A DNA stretch of 64,000 bases from Ophelia neglecta. Lineage: Eukaryota. Within the stretch, counting starts at the first letter, position 1; each line of letters begins with the position of its first letter. Where the stretch lies: the NCBI GenBank assembly GCA_965285935.1, contig OZ260663.1:109678001-109742000 (forward strand), in the 5' to 3' direction. Both the position numbers and the translations under genes were made by a program. Positions 10,844 to 24,187 of the stretch are shown piece by piece. The notes beneath the pieces were generated by a model. It ran no database searches, had not been told where the DNA came from, and worked only from the letters and a program-made list of their open reading frames with translations.

Positions 10844-13800
10844 CTTTGGTGGTAAAACTTTGTAAAAGTAAAGTAAAACCTTTGAATACATATACCGATA
10901 GGCCGCATTATCAATTACAAAAATAATTATAGTAACACATATAAGGGTAAATGGCTAAGGGGCCACTCTATGGTCTTCAAAATCATTATCGAGTGGCCAC
11001 CTCCTAATAAACAGAAATAATTATGAAAAACTAACATCGGAGAAAATCAAAATAATATCATACGCTATATCGGAAACATGGTCTTGATTATTCTCATTGA
11101 AATGACAATTTCATACTCAGAAGTAAATAATAATGAGAAATAATGACAATAGAAAACAGATGGAGAATTCATCATTCGAAATGAAACGTCATGAACATAC
11201 AGGTTTATTTACTTCATGGATAAATATCGTCAACCTTATGAGAATATCACGATAATAGCTTGAAAATATAGTGAACCATTTAACCACCAACACACACATC
11301 CTCCTCAAAACGCACCTCGTACGTATTCGCCCACAAGGAAACCTCAGATAAATTGCCGCATTCGGCCTTAGTGCTCCCTAAGCTGTCCATTCACATTTAA
11401 TCAACCGAACATTCGCCGAACTGGGGCATTGAGCGTGGGCCGAACATTATTTACGCTTCAGTGCCAAACTGAGGGGGCGACATATAGGCAGACAAGCCGA
11501 TTTACCGCCTTAGAATAATGGGCCTTGATGTATTTTCGTAGGAATCCTTGCAGAAGGTTTTTTCTAGAGAGGCAAAACTTTGAAATCATCGAACATTAAA
11601 GACATTGAGGCTGCATGCTTTAGAAGCGTCTATTAAATGACAGTGTCATAGAATTTAATGTCCATGATTGTTATTCCAAGTTGAATGTCCCGATATCGCC
11701 AAATATCTGGATATATTTATTTAATTGGAGCAATTAATACAGAAGAGAGCTCATGCCCTTCCGTCTCTAAATCAACAATATGTATGGTGAATAGTATGTG
11801 TGTTGCTCAACTCAAGATATCATAATTGCATTGCCAAAAGCTGTAACTGAATACAAAGGGCAGACAAAGCGACATGAGTAAATGGTAAGACAAACACGCA
11901 CGTCTTATTAAGAAATGGTTAAATAGACGTGTTTGTTTTATTGCCCATAAGCCCGCCTAGGTCTTATGGTCAGGTGGACCTTCCTGTATTAATGTGGTTT
12001 TAGTGCAAAAGCCTCCTGGGAGATTGCTTATAGACGAAGAAGGTTATGGTACACACGAGATGGGATGTTTTCTTTACATTTTTTCTGGGCGGATTAGGGG
12101 AAGGGGAAAGGGGTAGGCAGAATTGAGGGTAAAGCGGACATGTGCTAGGCGAGGCGGTGCTGGAGAGATGGGCGTTGGAAGAAAGGAGGTACAATAACCG
12201 CGTTTGATGTTAGTTTGTTTGCTAATTTCAGCTAAGAAAACAAGAGAAATAACCTTCTTTCTCTGGAACTAAGACGTGCAAAGCATGGTAAAATAAATGG
12301 TTTTAAACAGTAAACGAATATTAATATACAATAGTGAATATTATGCATATGCATATAAAACATATATGCTGCACTATCTGGCCTGCTTTACAATGATGCA
12401 CTGTATAGAAAGTCACTACCGGGAATTTCGAAACAAATACTTATATATTTAGTTCAATAGTAAAATGTCCGAGTTGGTCAGTTACTTTGGTATCTATGTT
12501 TATTTAGTAGCGTCAGGGATCATGGCTGTCCAAGTCAAAATTTCCTTCATTTTTGCAGAAAGTGACAGCATGGGGTGTACACATTTTTCCTTTTACAGCA
12601 TAATGGTAACGCCAGGGACAGCCTTCAATGTATATTATACGTTCCGCTCAATGTATTTAGCAAAGCAATTTAGACCCATATCCCAGCTAAATGCACATCT
12701 CTCTGCACCCTCCCTCCCCTTCCCCTGTTGATAACCCCCAGCGACATACCTCAAACGTGCTCATACTCGGCTTAATATTAGGCTGCCTCAAGGCTTAATA
12801 ATTTGGAATGATTGCTTGTGTGTCTGCCATGAATGCATAGTGGCGCTATATGAAAACTAAGGCAAGCCTGTGTGCAGTCATATCAACACAGCAGCAAGCC
12901 TTCCAAATCCGTTTGATCTTTACCGCAAATCTCGATCTGAATCTGAATCTACCCTGAGGATGCTAATACCTGCTGCAAATTCCCTGGAAAAATAATCTTA
13001 ACGTCAATAATGTGCCATAATTGTAATATTTTGGTTGCATGCTTGAGTGCCTGGAGGTGTCCAGTTTTGATAGATTATCTGAAGGCGTTCAGTTTGAACG
13101 ATTGTCTGTTGTTTTTCTATGCCTCTATCCATATCTTATTGGCCTCATCCGAATGCTGGCCAGCCTGCACCTGGCATACAAAACCAGTCCACCTTTAAGC
13201 TTTGTTAACCAGGCCAAATAAACCTGTGGACAGCCTATAACTTGTTTACCACATTATTTTGTTAATAGCTTAATTTATGTGTCTGAAAAGTCAGGGTGTT
13301 GAAGAGTCGCAGTTAGTGATACAAGCTGTGTATATCCGACAGATGTAAATGTTGAGAACTGTGTCACTTCAGGCCTTATACGTGATCTACTCGCCACGCG
13401 GCATAAGAGTCTTTTTTGGTGCACGTTCTTGAACTTGGAGGAAATAGGCTTATCCATCACCTCCTTATGCACTAATTGTCTTTATGTAAACTTTTTGTAC
13501 TTTTTCTAACATTGTGTACACATATACATGTACGAATATATATATATTGCGATAAGGGCCTATAAAAGTCGCTATATCATTTTTGCCAACTATACCTGGG
13601 TATCATAACTGCCGGATAAGATTTAGTTGTTAACTTCCTGTCCTAACCACTAAGTCTACCAAAATTCATTATCAGTACTCTGCCATGTACACCCACATTT
13701 CCTTTCTAGCTAATTACATATGGTTGCTTTTCTGTCGAGGAACATTATATTTAAGATTGCTTAAATTTCATTTTGGCAAGTGCCTTCAAACAGCTAGCTT

Positions 13801-14383
13801 AGCGACAGAACCAGTCCAGATTGCTAAGTCAAATGCCGCTGTTTATGTAATTGTCTCGTGTCTCTTTGAAGTATCCAATGTCAACCTGTGTCAGGTATGA
13901 AGCTCCTTATTTTGAGCGGAGTTTCCCCCCAAAGCTGAATTCTACTTTTTTGGTTTATGTATATGCTCGTTGGAGGAAACGTAATTCAAAATGCTGTAAA
14001 TTCTGTATCGGTAATTAATCTATATTGGACTTTTGAGCGGACTTTGTTTGCTCGGGATCGATGTTTGCGCGGTATCACGACTGACAGCTCAAGGACAAGG
14101 AGCCAATGTTAGCCGAGAGCTGTCCCCTCTCTCTTCCGGCCACCTATCTCACTGGGTAATCTACCTGACAGTTGTAGGCTCTAGACGCTCTTATTGATAT
14201 TTTTGTTGTCTAGTGTTCGTTTGATGGCTTATCCCAATTCGTACTTTGAACAATAGTTGATTGACCCCAAAGCACTTTGCCGTCTCTTGTTCAAGTTCTG
14301 GCTCCCGGCCCCCAGACTGTCAATACGGGGAGAAATACACTGCAGACAAAACCAAATCAGTAACAAGAATCCAAGTCCCAAGC

Positions 14384-14717
14384 ACCACCAAAGTGTGGCC
14401 GAGTGGTAAGGGTGTCCGCCTCGCAGGTGGGAGATCGGGGTTCGCTTCTCGATCGCGTCAAACCTAAGACGTAAAAATAGGTACGGATAGCTCCCCTGCC
14501 AGGCGCCCGGTATTTCAGGGGTAGTATCAGGACTGGTCAACCCGGTGTCAGTATAATGTGACTGAGTGGGGTTCCCTGTCTGGTGTCTACGGCAGGTACT
14601 CCAGTGAGGCAGCACTTTAAAGAGGGTATTGAGCCCACTGTCACAAGTAGGCACTGTGGTGATATGACCAATAAGTGTTGAAAGCCACGTAAAACCCCAA
14701 ACAACAACAACAACAAC
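14384..14717 (+). mobile_element. Full-length tRNA-derived SINE (head + central domain + LINE-like tail, (CAA)n end)
   Basis: A box TGGCCGAGTGG, B box GGTTCGCTTCTC, central GTCAGTATAATGTGACTGAGTGGG block (resembles Meta/MESC-type SINE cores), tail GATATGACC...CGTAAAACCCCAAACAACAAC. Possible CCCAAG TSD. Three copies in the window. Confidence 0.92.
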
Positions 14718-14783
14718 CCAAGGCGCGTGTCTATGTGTTGATATCTATTATATCACTGGCCCTGCAGCTGACGGTTCCTACTA

Positions 14784-14962
14784 CAGTGAAACCTTTGAAT
14801 TAAGACCATCCAAGAGACTGGCAAATTCTGGTCTGATTATAGAGGTGTTCTGTTTACACAGGTTATTTTTACATGGAAAGTGTGTACTATGGTCTTCATA
14901 CGAGTGGTCTAAATTGGCAGGTGGTCTGAATATAGAGGTGGTCTTTAAGGCAGGTTTCACTG
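14784..14962. mobile_element. Tc1/mariner (pogo/Tigger-like) MITE
   Basis: TA|CAGTGAAACCT...AGGTTTCACTG|TA: perfect terminal inverted repeat with TA TSD, 179 bp, non-coding. Inverted second copy at 55783-55961. Confidence 0.88.
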
Positions 14963-15332
14963 TAATTCTGGACCGATTCACGATGATTTTACCTTGTCGG
15001 CATCGTATCCACTCACTACTTCCCTTGGCTATAATAAAATAAGTGTTACAAACATCTACTGCTCTTGTAGCATAAAGCTATCACCACTTTCAAATCACGC
15101 AAGGAGCCACTCAAGTCTAAAACTAATTGTACATAACTTAAATGAGTCCGATGGGAGCATGTGAGTCACGCAGATATCTCAATGGATCCGCAGACCGGTA
15201 AACGAAATATCGCGATAGCTTCGAGCACCATCGGGCGTATAAATGGCTACATCAGTCATGTCGCCTGACAGCTTGTGTACGAGCACAATTACACAATAGT
15301 TAAATTTGGACCTTCTTCACTGTGATGAATAG

Positions 15333-15480
15333 GTCCGGCTTGGCCCAGTGTTAAGGGATATGTGTTTAAACATGCGAGCATTCAATGTATGTCTATGGTT
15401 CAATCGCTGTGGAGGAAGCTACATCAGGCAGGTGGCATGTTTGCTGGTGTACTAACACATAAAGAGAATACTAGAGTGTT
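15333..15480 (+). mobile_element. Degenerate tRNA-derived SINE of a different family
   Basis: A-box-like TGGCCCAGTGTT and B-box-like GGTTCAATC, followed by a GGTGG...GTACT block. Confidence 0.35.
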
Positions 15481-16819
15481 AACTTGATATTTTTATTAAT
15501 AAACTATAACATTAAATTTTATTTGATGATGCGTTTGGCACCTCGAATTAGAACTTAAACGCATTTCTGCTGATAACCATGACCAACTAACTTCGGAAAG
15601 ACGAAATATTTGAGCTGCTCACCATAGGAGGGTATATTCATTAGTGTACCGACTATAAGGGGTTAGCACTTGATTTGTAAATCAATGTGGTTAGTCACTT
15701 GACAAAATTAGTTTGGTTAATATTCATTATTAAAGTGGCTTTCACCAAACTGAATTAAAAGGGGATGGTTAATTTTAGGTTAACACATGGGTTTGTAGTC
15801 TTTTTACGCTGGCCCTGGTCATCGACAAAAGAACATCGCGGTTAGCTTCTTGCGAGCTGTGATATACAACACTTCGAGTCTTGCCATGTAAGCAGGACCT
15901 TCTCTGTCCGATTGTCTGGCGGTGGGCTCTCTTCAAGGACTCCAGTAAAGAGTGGAGATTGGACCCTTTACTGTCGGGGTCCAAAGCTTCTCAACTACAC
16001 TAACTAAAGAGTAGTATATTGTGATGAAATGTGAAAACGAAAAAGTCCCAATGTCTATTGATTTCGAATCATATTTCACACTTATACTACATATAAACTT
16101 TAACATATTGGCAGAGAACAGAAGTGACTGGAACACCGGAAACCCCAAAGCCATCATCGGCGTGACTGTCCTTGATAACTGTGGACTTGCTTGTTATTCC
16201 ACGTAATGTTGATGGTTTCATTTTCCCGTTGAATAGTCTTAGTTTCAGCAAATACAAGAAGTATGCTGTCATTGTAGAACACACAAAGTAGACATCATCC
16301 AGAGAGGTTGACGATCAAAGAGCTAATTGATCGCGCAAGGTTGAAGAAAGCAAGGCCGAATAGCCAAATATAGAACCGTGCTTGATAATCTAGGAACTTT
16401 GAGCACCAAAATCCCATGACTTAGCGTCTAACAGCTATATGCGGATATTGCGAGTCTAAGCTAATAATCTTATCCTAAAGCTTAATATCGCTTCATAAAA
16501 AAAGCTGACACTAGTTTCTTATTATATGCTGCCAAATATATGAATTCATCGGAAACCGTCGGCTGCAGAGTGTGCAGAGAAATCTAACGTCACATTACTT
16601 GCGATGAAAAGTAGTCAGGGGTGTTTCCGCTATGTGGTTCACGCCACGGATCAAACGATTCTATGGTCGCCAACGTAGGACCAATATTGCATTTTCCCCA
16701 TGAAAGGGTGCAATCAAATTAGACTCCCTTCAAATAGGATAATCAGAATATGTTCGTGATTCGCAATAGTATTTTATTTTTTAAATATCGGGAACCAATA
16801 AATACGTATTTGTCGATTA

Positions 16820-17110
16820 ATGAAATCAACTCCCAATAATGGTGATCGTATGCTAGCGGCGAGAAAACAGGTAATACAGGGTCCGACTAATGGTCTACTA
16901 CTGTTTCCAGATAAAACCGCTTCCCGCTGTCACCGTCCATTAGTGGCTGCTTCCGTTCTGCGGAAGACACAGGCCAACTTCGAACGAGTCTACCAGAGTT
17001 TCTCTTTTTACTTGACTTCACGCCCGAAGTCACCAAGTAACAGATGCGTTTGCATACATTTTGACTTCAGGCGCAATTCTAGGGATTCTGGTCCGGTCAC
17101 TAAAACAGTC
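16820..17110 (+). pseudogene. Possible decayed THAP zinc-finger (DNA transposon relic)
   Basis: GLLLFPDK...VLRKTQANFE...RCVCIHF resembles THAP FP.D...W...R.R.NF...VCS.HF, but the N-terminal Cys residues and the Trp are missing in frame. Confidence 0.3.
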
Positions 17111-17484
17111 ACAGGTAATTGTTTTCAAAGGTTTATCAGTTACCTTTGATACCGTGTACGATATCATACTGCATGACCACTCTAAATTGTTATCTGGCTA
17201 TGCATGTTTTACATTATAAAAACAGGAGGAATGTAGCAATGCCATCTGCCTGATGTTTCATTAAGCAGTCACTTACTTGTTCAGTGCAGACCATATCCCA
17301 ACTTCCTCTTTGACCTCGAAAATGGGCTCTAGTGTATGGGAGTGGAATGAGATATGACATTCCATTAGGCTGAGTGCTAATCAATACCGCCAATTAAATA
17401 CCTCTCAGTGTGGTAAAGGATAGTTCATTATGTCCTGCCTTACCACGCGCATACTCGTTTAACGTTAGATAATAATTCAAATAG

Positions 17485-17686
17485 ACCCAGAGGAGGTGGA
17501 AGCTATTACTCAGTGCTGCCGAGGAGGGGGCGTTATTAGTCAGTCACCCCATGGAGGTGGGCGTTATAAGTCAGTCCTGCCGAGGAGGGGGCGTTATTAG
17601 TCAGTCCGGCCGAGGCAGGGGCGTTATCAGTCAGTCCGGCCGAGGAAGTGGGCGTTATTACTCAGTCCCGCCGAGGAGGTGGGCGT
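17485..17686. repeat. 30-31-bp G-rich minisatellite
   Basis: Unit GCCGAGGAGG(T)GGGCGTTATTAGTCAGTCC, about 6.5 copies. Confidence 0.9.
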
Positions 17687-19904
17687 GAATTTTCGTTGAA
17701 CATGTATTGTCCTGTTCTAACTTGGCGTGACTGTAACTAATAGGCAATACAAGCTGGTCTTTTTGTTTATCTGCTTATAGTTATTAACATAATTAAGTGG
17801 AAATTTACAGTAACAGATAGGCTTATAGCTTGAAACTTTCTGTTCAGCAAAATCGACCTAGATGAGACATTATGAAACCAACTTTCCACTATGTCTATTA
17901 GTAATCGCGCATGATATACTGTTGTGCCATATCTTTCGAACAATGGCTCTATTATTCAATACATCAAAAAATAAAGGTGTTGGGGAAAGGGTGCGCAGCT
18001 GATGTTTCCCTTAGGCAACATTTATGTGGCTTCTCCTGTCAAGATTGATAAAGCTGCTTCGTACATCTGAGTGCGGGTATTATTCAATATACAACCAGGA
18101 ATATAAATCGACATTTGGGTGTTATAATACTAAGACGGCCGGCCCTGAATGAGTTCAGCTGACATGATTGAGGGGTGTGGTCCATTAGGTCTTCACTAGG
18201 CTTTGCAAAGAGCTGAATAATACTTTGAATCATGGAGAGACCCAGAAGAGACTGCGGAATTTACCTTTATCTATATATTCCGATGTAGGACTAGAGGGGT
18301 TGAGAGAAAGAATCTAATGGCAGTCGGGATAATGTAACAAAAAACTTTCACAAATTCTACTTCACCATAAGTATTCGGCATAGAATATCGTTGCGCGAGC
18401 AGCAGTTTCGCGAAATTTAAAAGGAAAATCTGTTCGATAAAATCTTGGATTTGCAGTGAAATGAATGAATAATTACGCGTCTCCAGAGGTCGATGTGCAG
18501 GATTCGAACAAGGATAGTTTCGGTACCATCCAAATTCGCATATTTGCCTCCGTAAATCACCGACTAAAATCGATTATTCTTTAAATCTGATATTTTGCCA
18601 ATGCCGCGGGGCTCTACTGGATTTTGTTTACCGCCTTGAATACTATTTCGTTGGCAACAACTTTATTGGGCAGAACTACAATGCAAATGTTAGGTTTTGA
18701 ATAAAACTGCGTTTAATAGACCTATATTTTGAAAATGTGCAATGACATTATCAATAGCCATACGGCCGTTGAAAATAGCGATCTTTTGCATGTAAAATGC
18801 CAAAAACCCTGTCAACTAATACAAGCTCCAGGCCCTGTCAACTTATGAATATATGACTACTGCAGAAGGCAAATACGCCATTGTTCTTTCATCTTACAAT
18901 GAGTCAAGAACCTTTTTAACAAGTGGTCCCTGGGCTTTATAACTCAATACCACACCAACATCCTCCCCCTTCCCATGCCGTGGTACTTTTTCCGGCTATT
19001 TTCATGTCTACTAATTCGGTATTAGAATATTTTATGTTAAATCAACGGAGTATCAGAATAGTGATGTAATTTTAAGATACATAAAAACAAGGCAAATTGC
19101 CATATTTGGTCAACACAGTTAAATAGATTTAATATGCCCAGCAAAAATAAATTAATATACTGTACATGTGAGATAATGTGTACTCTATGTGATGTATGAT
19201 ATTATCTCGCTGACAGATGATTTTGGTGCAAATAGGGCCATTTGGGAACGGCTGGCAAATCATGTCTGGAATAAGTATCGTAAAATTAGTAGAAATGCTT
19301 ACCCGCTAGCATGACCTGGGTTTAAGTAAAACTGACCAGGGGCCTTAATGAGTCCATGATCAATGCTGTCTTTGAGCAATACTTTCGAGACGATCGGCAC
19401 TGTTATAACCTGTTTGATGTATGTGCTGTGCCATATTGTCGAAGTTGAGTAAATAAATAATTGATAATGCAATTATTGTAGGAGAGCGAAAGATGATAGA
19501 ATGATAATTAACCCATTATAAACGTTTTGCGGCGGTTAAGCTTGTTTCTTATTACTAAAATACTAAAAACCAAGTAAAATTCACGAGCATCAACATTGCA
19601 TTCACCATAATTATATTGTTAACAAGCAAATTTGTTGCGGAGTTAAGCCAAAGAGTGATTTCCTGTAGAAAGTAGGGCTGCCTAAGTGAGCAGTGAGTGG
19701 TCGAAGGCCAACTGCAACGCTTATAACCACGGCTTTAAATATTGAATTTTTCAGCCTTTGCTCCATGTAATTGTATGTTTTTCAGCTTTTGCCCGATGTA
19801 TTTGTGTGTAATACCGAAAGAAGTGAGCTTCTTGATCACACAGCCACAAAACAAGTCTGCGGCCATAGCATTAGCTTTAGACGTGAAATACACGTGGCCA
19901 TGCT

Positions 19905-20240
19905 GAGCACCGTAAGGCTTACTCTGGATATTCACTTATAACTCTACTATCACAATCGTAGCGCCAGCGATCAGTACATATCCAGAGTATGCCTCAAATA
20001 ACCCTGCCCTTACCGACGCAGCGCCGGCAGTCAGTGCATGACCAGAGCATGGCTCAAATAACCTGCCCTAACCCCAGCAGCGACGGTCGACAGTGCATAC
20101 CAAGTCCTGACTCGAATAACTGCTGTGTCAACAGTAGCGCTGGCCCTCAGTGCATATTATAGCAAGACTCAAATAACAGTATCCTAACCAGCGCAGCGCC
20201 CACTGTCAGTGCATACCAAGAGCATGACTCAAAAAACCTC
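19905..20240. repeat. ~59-bp minisatellite
   Basis: Unit AATAACC...CAGCGCCGGCAGTCAGTGCAT..CCAGAGCATGGCTCA, about 5 diverged copies. Confidence 0.85.
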
Positions 20241-21071
20241 CCCTACTTCCGACAGAAATATTTATCTTGATTCATTATAAAATGCTTTGTTAGGAAAACC
20301 ATCTAGGACAATATCAGGTCCCTGTCATCAATGTTAAATTTGGTAACTGCTTGGAGGGATCCAACTGCTTGTAGGTGCCTTCCTTTGGAAGGTTACGTTT
20401 ATTTAAGAGTTGGCATAGTTAATTTTTATGCCTTCCTCAATCAATCCTTTGAAAAAAATATTCTATAGTTCCATATCTGGTGACCATATCATCGTGGGCC
20501 CATCTCTTCCGCTTATACCGACCTGGTTATGTACTTTATAGTTTCCTAACAAGTTTTTCCTAAATGTCAAATAACTCCAACTCGCCTTCCTAAACATTTG
20601 CGGAATGCACCATGTCCGGGCTATTCCGTTTAATACCTGGCTCTGCTGGTTGATCACTATCGCATAATGTCAATACACGTGACATTCATTGTAAATCGAT
20701 ATTCGTCCCCTCTGTTCCGGTTACGTCTCTAGTGGAGCTTAATAGAGGATTGTAGGAGGCTCAATATCTGACTCGTGGACAGGAATACTGGTCAATGTAG
20801 ACATGATATACCACGAAGCCTATCAACGCCGTCTCGGGTCCAGGTAAACTTGGATGGACTCACCACAACCTCTGAAGATTATTTTTCTATTCACTGCCAA
20901 GCTCATTTGCCAGCTATTGATGCTTTTTTCAACCATCAACTTTTTAGAAGTTGAAAGGTGCTCGCTCTCATCCTCTGATCGTCTGTTTGCTGACGGCCTA
21001 CCTGACAGTTTTGTGGCATGAAAGCCTTTGGTGGTGTTACTGTTGTAAGCTGTTCATGGCATGACCTACAA

Positions 21072-21384
21072 GAGGCCTGTTTCATAAACACGAGCTCTAA
21101 GCTCTGGCTTGTTTAAACCGGACTTATAATGAGCTCCGGCTTACACATTATTCCTATTACTGTTAACAAAGCTGTATTGTCATACATGTATGTTTATTTC
21201 ATGAACATGTGTGGCTTAAGTTCCCAGTGCACAAGCCCGGCTTATAATCGATAAATTATCTATTCAAAAGGTTTGCGGTTTAAGCCGCAGATTGCCGTTT
21301 ATGAAATGTGAATCAATATAATCACCTCTAGTAATCCGGGATTAAGTATTAATCCAGGTTTAATTTCATTCTGAAAGTGGCCCC
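21072..21384. mobile_element. Probable PIF/Harbinger-type MITE
   Basis: Imperfect TIRs GAGGCCTGTTTCATA ... TCTGAAAGTGGCCCC, with internal repeated (c)cggcttat/ccggattaa subterminal motifs. Confidence 0.5.
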
Positions 21385-22039
21385 AGCTGTCTTAGTTGGT
21401 AATTTCTAATAAATAGCTGATCACCCATCAACACTGCTGTCTACTAGATGTGCGCTCCTACACGTATAGCTTGTCCATAATATCATGTCTCACTGATATG
21501 TCCAAAGACCTCCATATTGTCTCCAGAGTTTGTGTTCAGATTCATATAATGTAAAACTGACATATTCATATTATTATTAGAATATTTTTTATTTTGTATG
21601 CTATTCGCCTGAGACTTCGTTACAAGCCTTGTTTTCACAATTATTTGGGATAGATGGCAGTAAGTCTGAGTCACTCAAGTTAAAGTCAGAAGTTCAAGTC
21701 TTAATCTGAAACTATTGAAACAAAGTCCAAGTCTTAGAATCTTCTAGCAACAGGCGCATGTACACACTCGTGCCCTAGATCAGGTAACGGTTGATTATTG
21801 ACATTTATGCTGTTATTTTGCTCTCTGCAGATATCTGAGGAAAACAATAGCGCATTATCTATATAAAGAAAAAATCAGGGTTGTATAACAGGAAGACAGA
21901 ACAAAATCATCACAATAATTTTGAAAATTATGTGAAAAAATGTTGCTGGCTTCCCTGAAAGTCGTCCAGTTAGTTTATTCTGTGCCTATATGCTGCTCTT
22001 TATAACGACTGCCGGACAGTTGCCAAATTTTACATGGAT

Positions 22040-22280
22040 ACTTCTTCCGTATATGAAAACTGATCAGTCATTCCCCTTTATCTGTAGCGGTATTCCTGGA
22101 GTTGGTAGTTCTTAGAATCTTGACTGCTACTTCGGTAGTTCCTTTGTTTGATAAGTTGTAAATTCCGGACACATTACTCATGTATGTAGTTGACCGGTTT
22201 ACTGCCCGTATTGTAAGGTTTAGGCATGTACCTTTGATTCATCGGCCCATTTCATACACACATCCGGCCATCCATATCAT
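22040..22280 (-). mobile_element. Possible highly decayed Gypsy integrase zinc-binding region
   Basis: Fragments VNYIHE*CVRNLQ and ELPTPGIPLQIKGND resemble YI..C..CQ and P..PWQ.IG.D. Multiple stops and frameshifts. Confidence 0.3.
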
Positions 22281-23053
22281 GTTTAGTTCGCCCTACCAAG
22301 ATTATGACGACGGATGAATCCAATCCACCCGATAGCTCTGGCTCGGCTGTCTGCCTTCTCCAATATCTCCCGATAATTCTACCTCGGCTGTGTCCCCACA
22401 TCGCTCGATCATTCTCCCTTCTCCCATATCACGTCCGATTACAGCCAGCGTTTATGACCGATGTGCCAGTTTTATGGTTTAATTATGGAGATCAATCAGA
22501 AAGACGGCTTCGCCCACGTCGCTCGGGAACCTGTTGCCACGGCCATCATGTAATGTTTGAACACATTTTATTCGAGTAAAGGATAAAAACTTCAAATATT
22601 GCTTAATGATTAGTGGTAATCAAGGGTTATACAAAATTAGATATCAGGGATTTTCCACGTGAAAAAGACAAATCTACTAGTTGCCCGAAACCATGATGTA
22701 TTATTATCCAAAATTTAATTCGTTAATGCTATGTATGACAAAAGTAGCAATTCGTGCTTGTGCAATGGTTACTAACGGCTAAAGTTCCGGAGACAGTAGT
22801 TCATCAGGCTTATCCCCCTCCCCCCCCCCCCCCCGTAGGAAGCTTAAGTTTTAATTCTATAAAATACATTCTGCCTTCCTGGCTTGACGTTTCAAAATAA
22901 GAGGTAATGAAACTAATTCTTTAATTGGGTTTAAATAAAAGCAATTAACATGAGAATAAATTTTGTGGACCTATCAACAACTCTGGTCACACTCAGCCCC
23001 ATAGGGCAGAAAATACTTCTGATGTCAACTGATTAAGAGCAATTGTCTAACTC

Positions 23054-23218
23054 TACCGTCAGTCACTTTAATTGTTTTCTACGTAAAAAATTCGCGGGAA
23101 TTTCTTTATGCGGTTTATCAGTATATCATGACAGACTACTGTTAAGTCGGAAATGCTTTCAATTTAAAATTGCAAATTCACGAAATGCATTTCCCCGAAT
23201 ATTTCTGATTTGACCGTA
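23054..23218. mobile_element. Possible TA-flanked short MITE
   Basis: Starts TACCGTCA and ends TGACCGTA, with internal AATT(T)CGCG/CACGAAAT inverted motifs. Confidence 0.35.
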
Positions 23219-24187
23219 TATAAAACGGTCTTTTAATATGTAACACCCAAGTATTTACATAGAAAGATGTTGGAGTGTGCTTAACCTAAAAACTAACCGC
23301 AAAATTTAAACGCTTAAACGGTCTTAACTTGCTTATCGCTGTTTCAGAAGATTGGATTTGGACTTAAATCTAACCATTTTGTAATAAACTTATTCCTACT
23401 CAATGGAAACGCCGAGTAACCTTGACTCACCTTTGGATAATAGGTAGTAGTACATAAACTACTGGACTGCCAGCAAGCTCCCAGTAGGTGTCACTACAGT
23501 CAACTGAATGTATCAGTTTAAAATGCATCATAGAGAGAGCGTTTAGACTATGACAAAAATCAAACAGGAAGTCCATAAATTTGACTAATGAGAAGCACAA
23601 TAGAATTGTTTAAGTAATACGTCTACAATGTGACAATATTTATTTGCATTATTCCCCCAGGCTGTTTGATAAATATTTTTCGATGTCACATCTATTTTAC
23701 ATCTATTGGTGACATATTATGTTTTGACCCAGATGTAAGACATTGTACGTACAATGTGAGCTTGCCTCTTGGGGTTTCATTTCCACGCGCTTGCGACGGA
23801 AGTATACGAGCTGTTTGGGACAGGCCTTTTGTTACCACGGGAGAGGGCGTTTTTCATAATGTTAAAAGCTCGTAATTTTATAAAAGTTAAAAATTAATTA
23901 TTTGCCGCGCTGTTTCCCAAACATATTCCTACTTTTCGACTGAATGGAAATAAGTCGGTGAAATGAATCCATTGAAGCCGCGCCTCCTCCCTCCCTGCCC
24001 CTCCACCCATCGACCCCGCCCCCCACCACAACCAAACCCCCCACCCCCACCCCAACCGCCCCTCCCCAAACCTCCCCCTCCACACATTTGCGACCACCAC
24101 CCCACCTAACCATCCGATTCCATCTCTCGCCAACAACTAGCATTTAAAATAAACCCGTCCCTAGGAACACAATTTCCAGATGACATC

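Noticed and set aside
14229-14654. 141-aa ORF (and the related 9239-9424 ORF)
   Set aside because: Antisense translation of the SINE.
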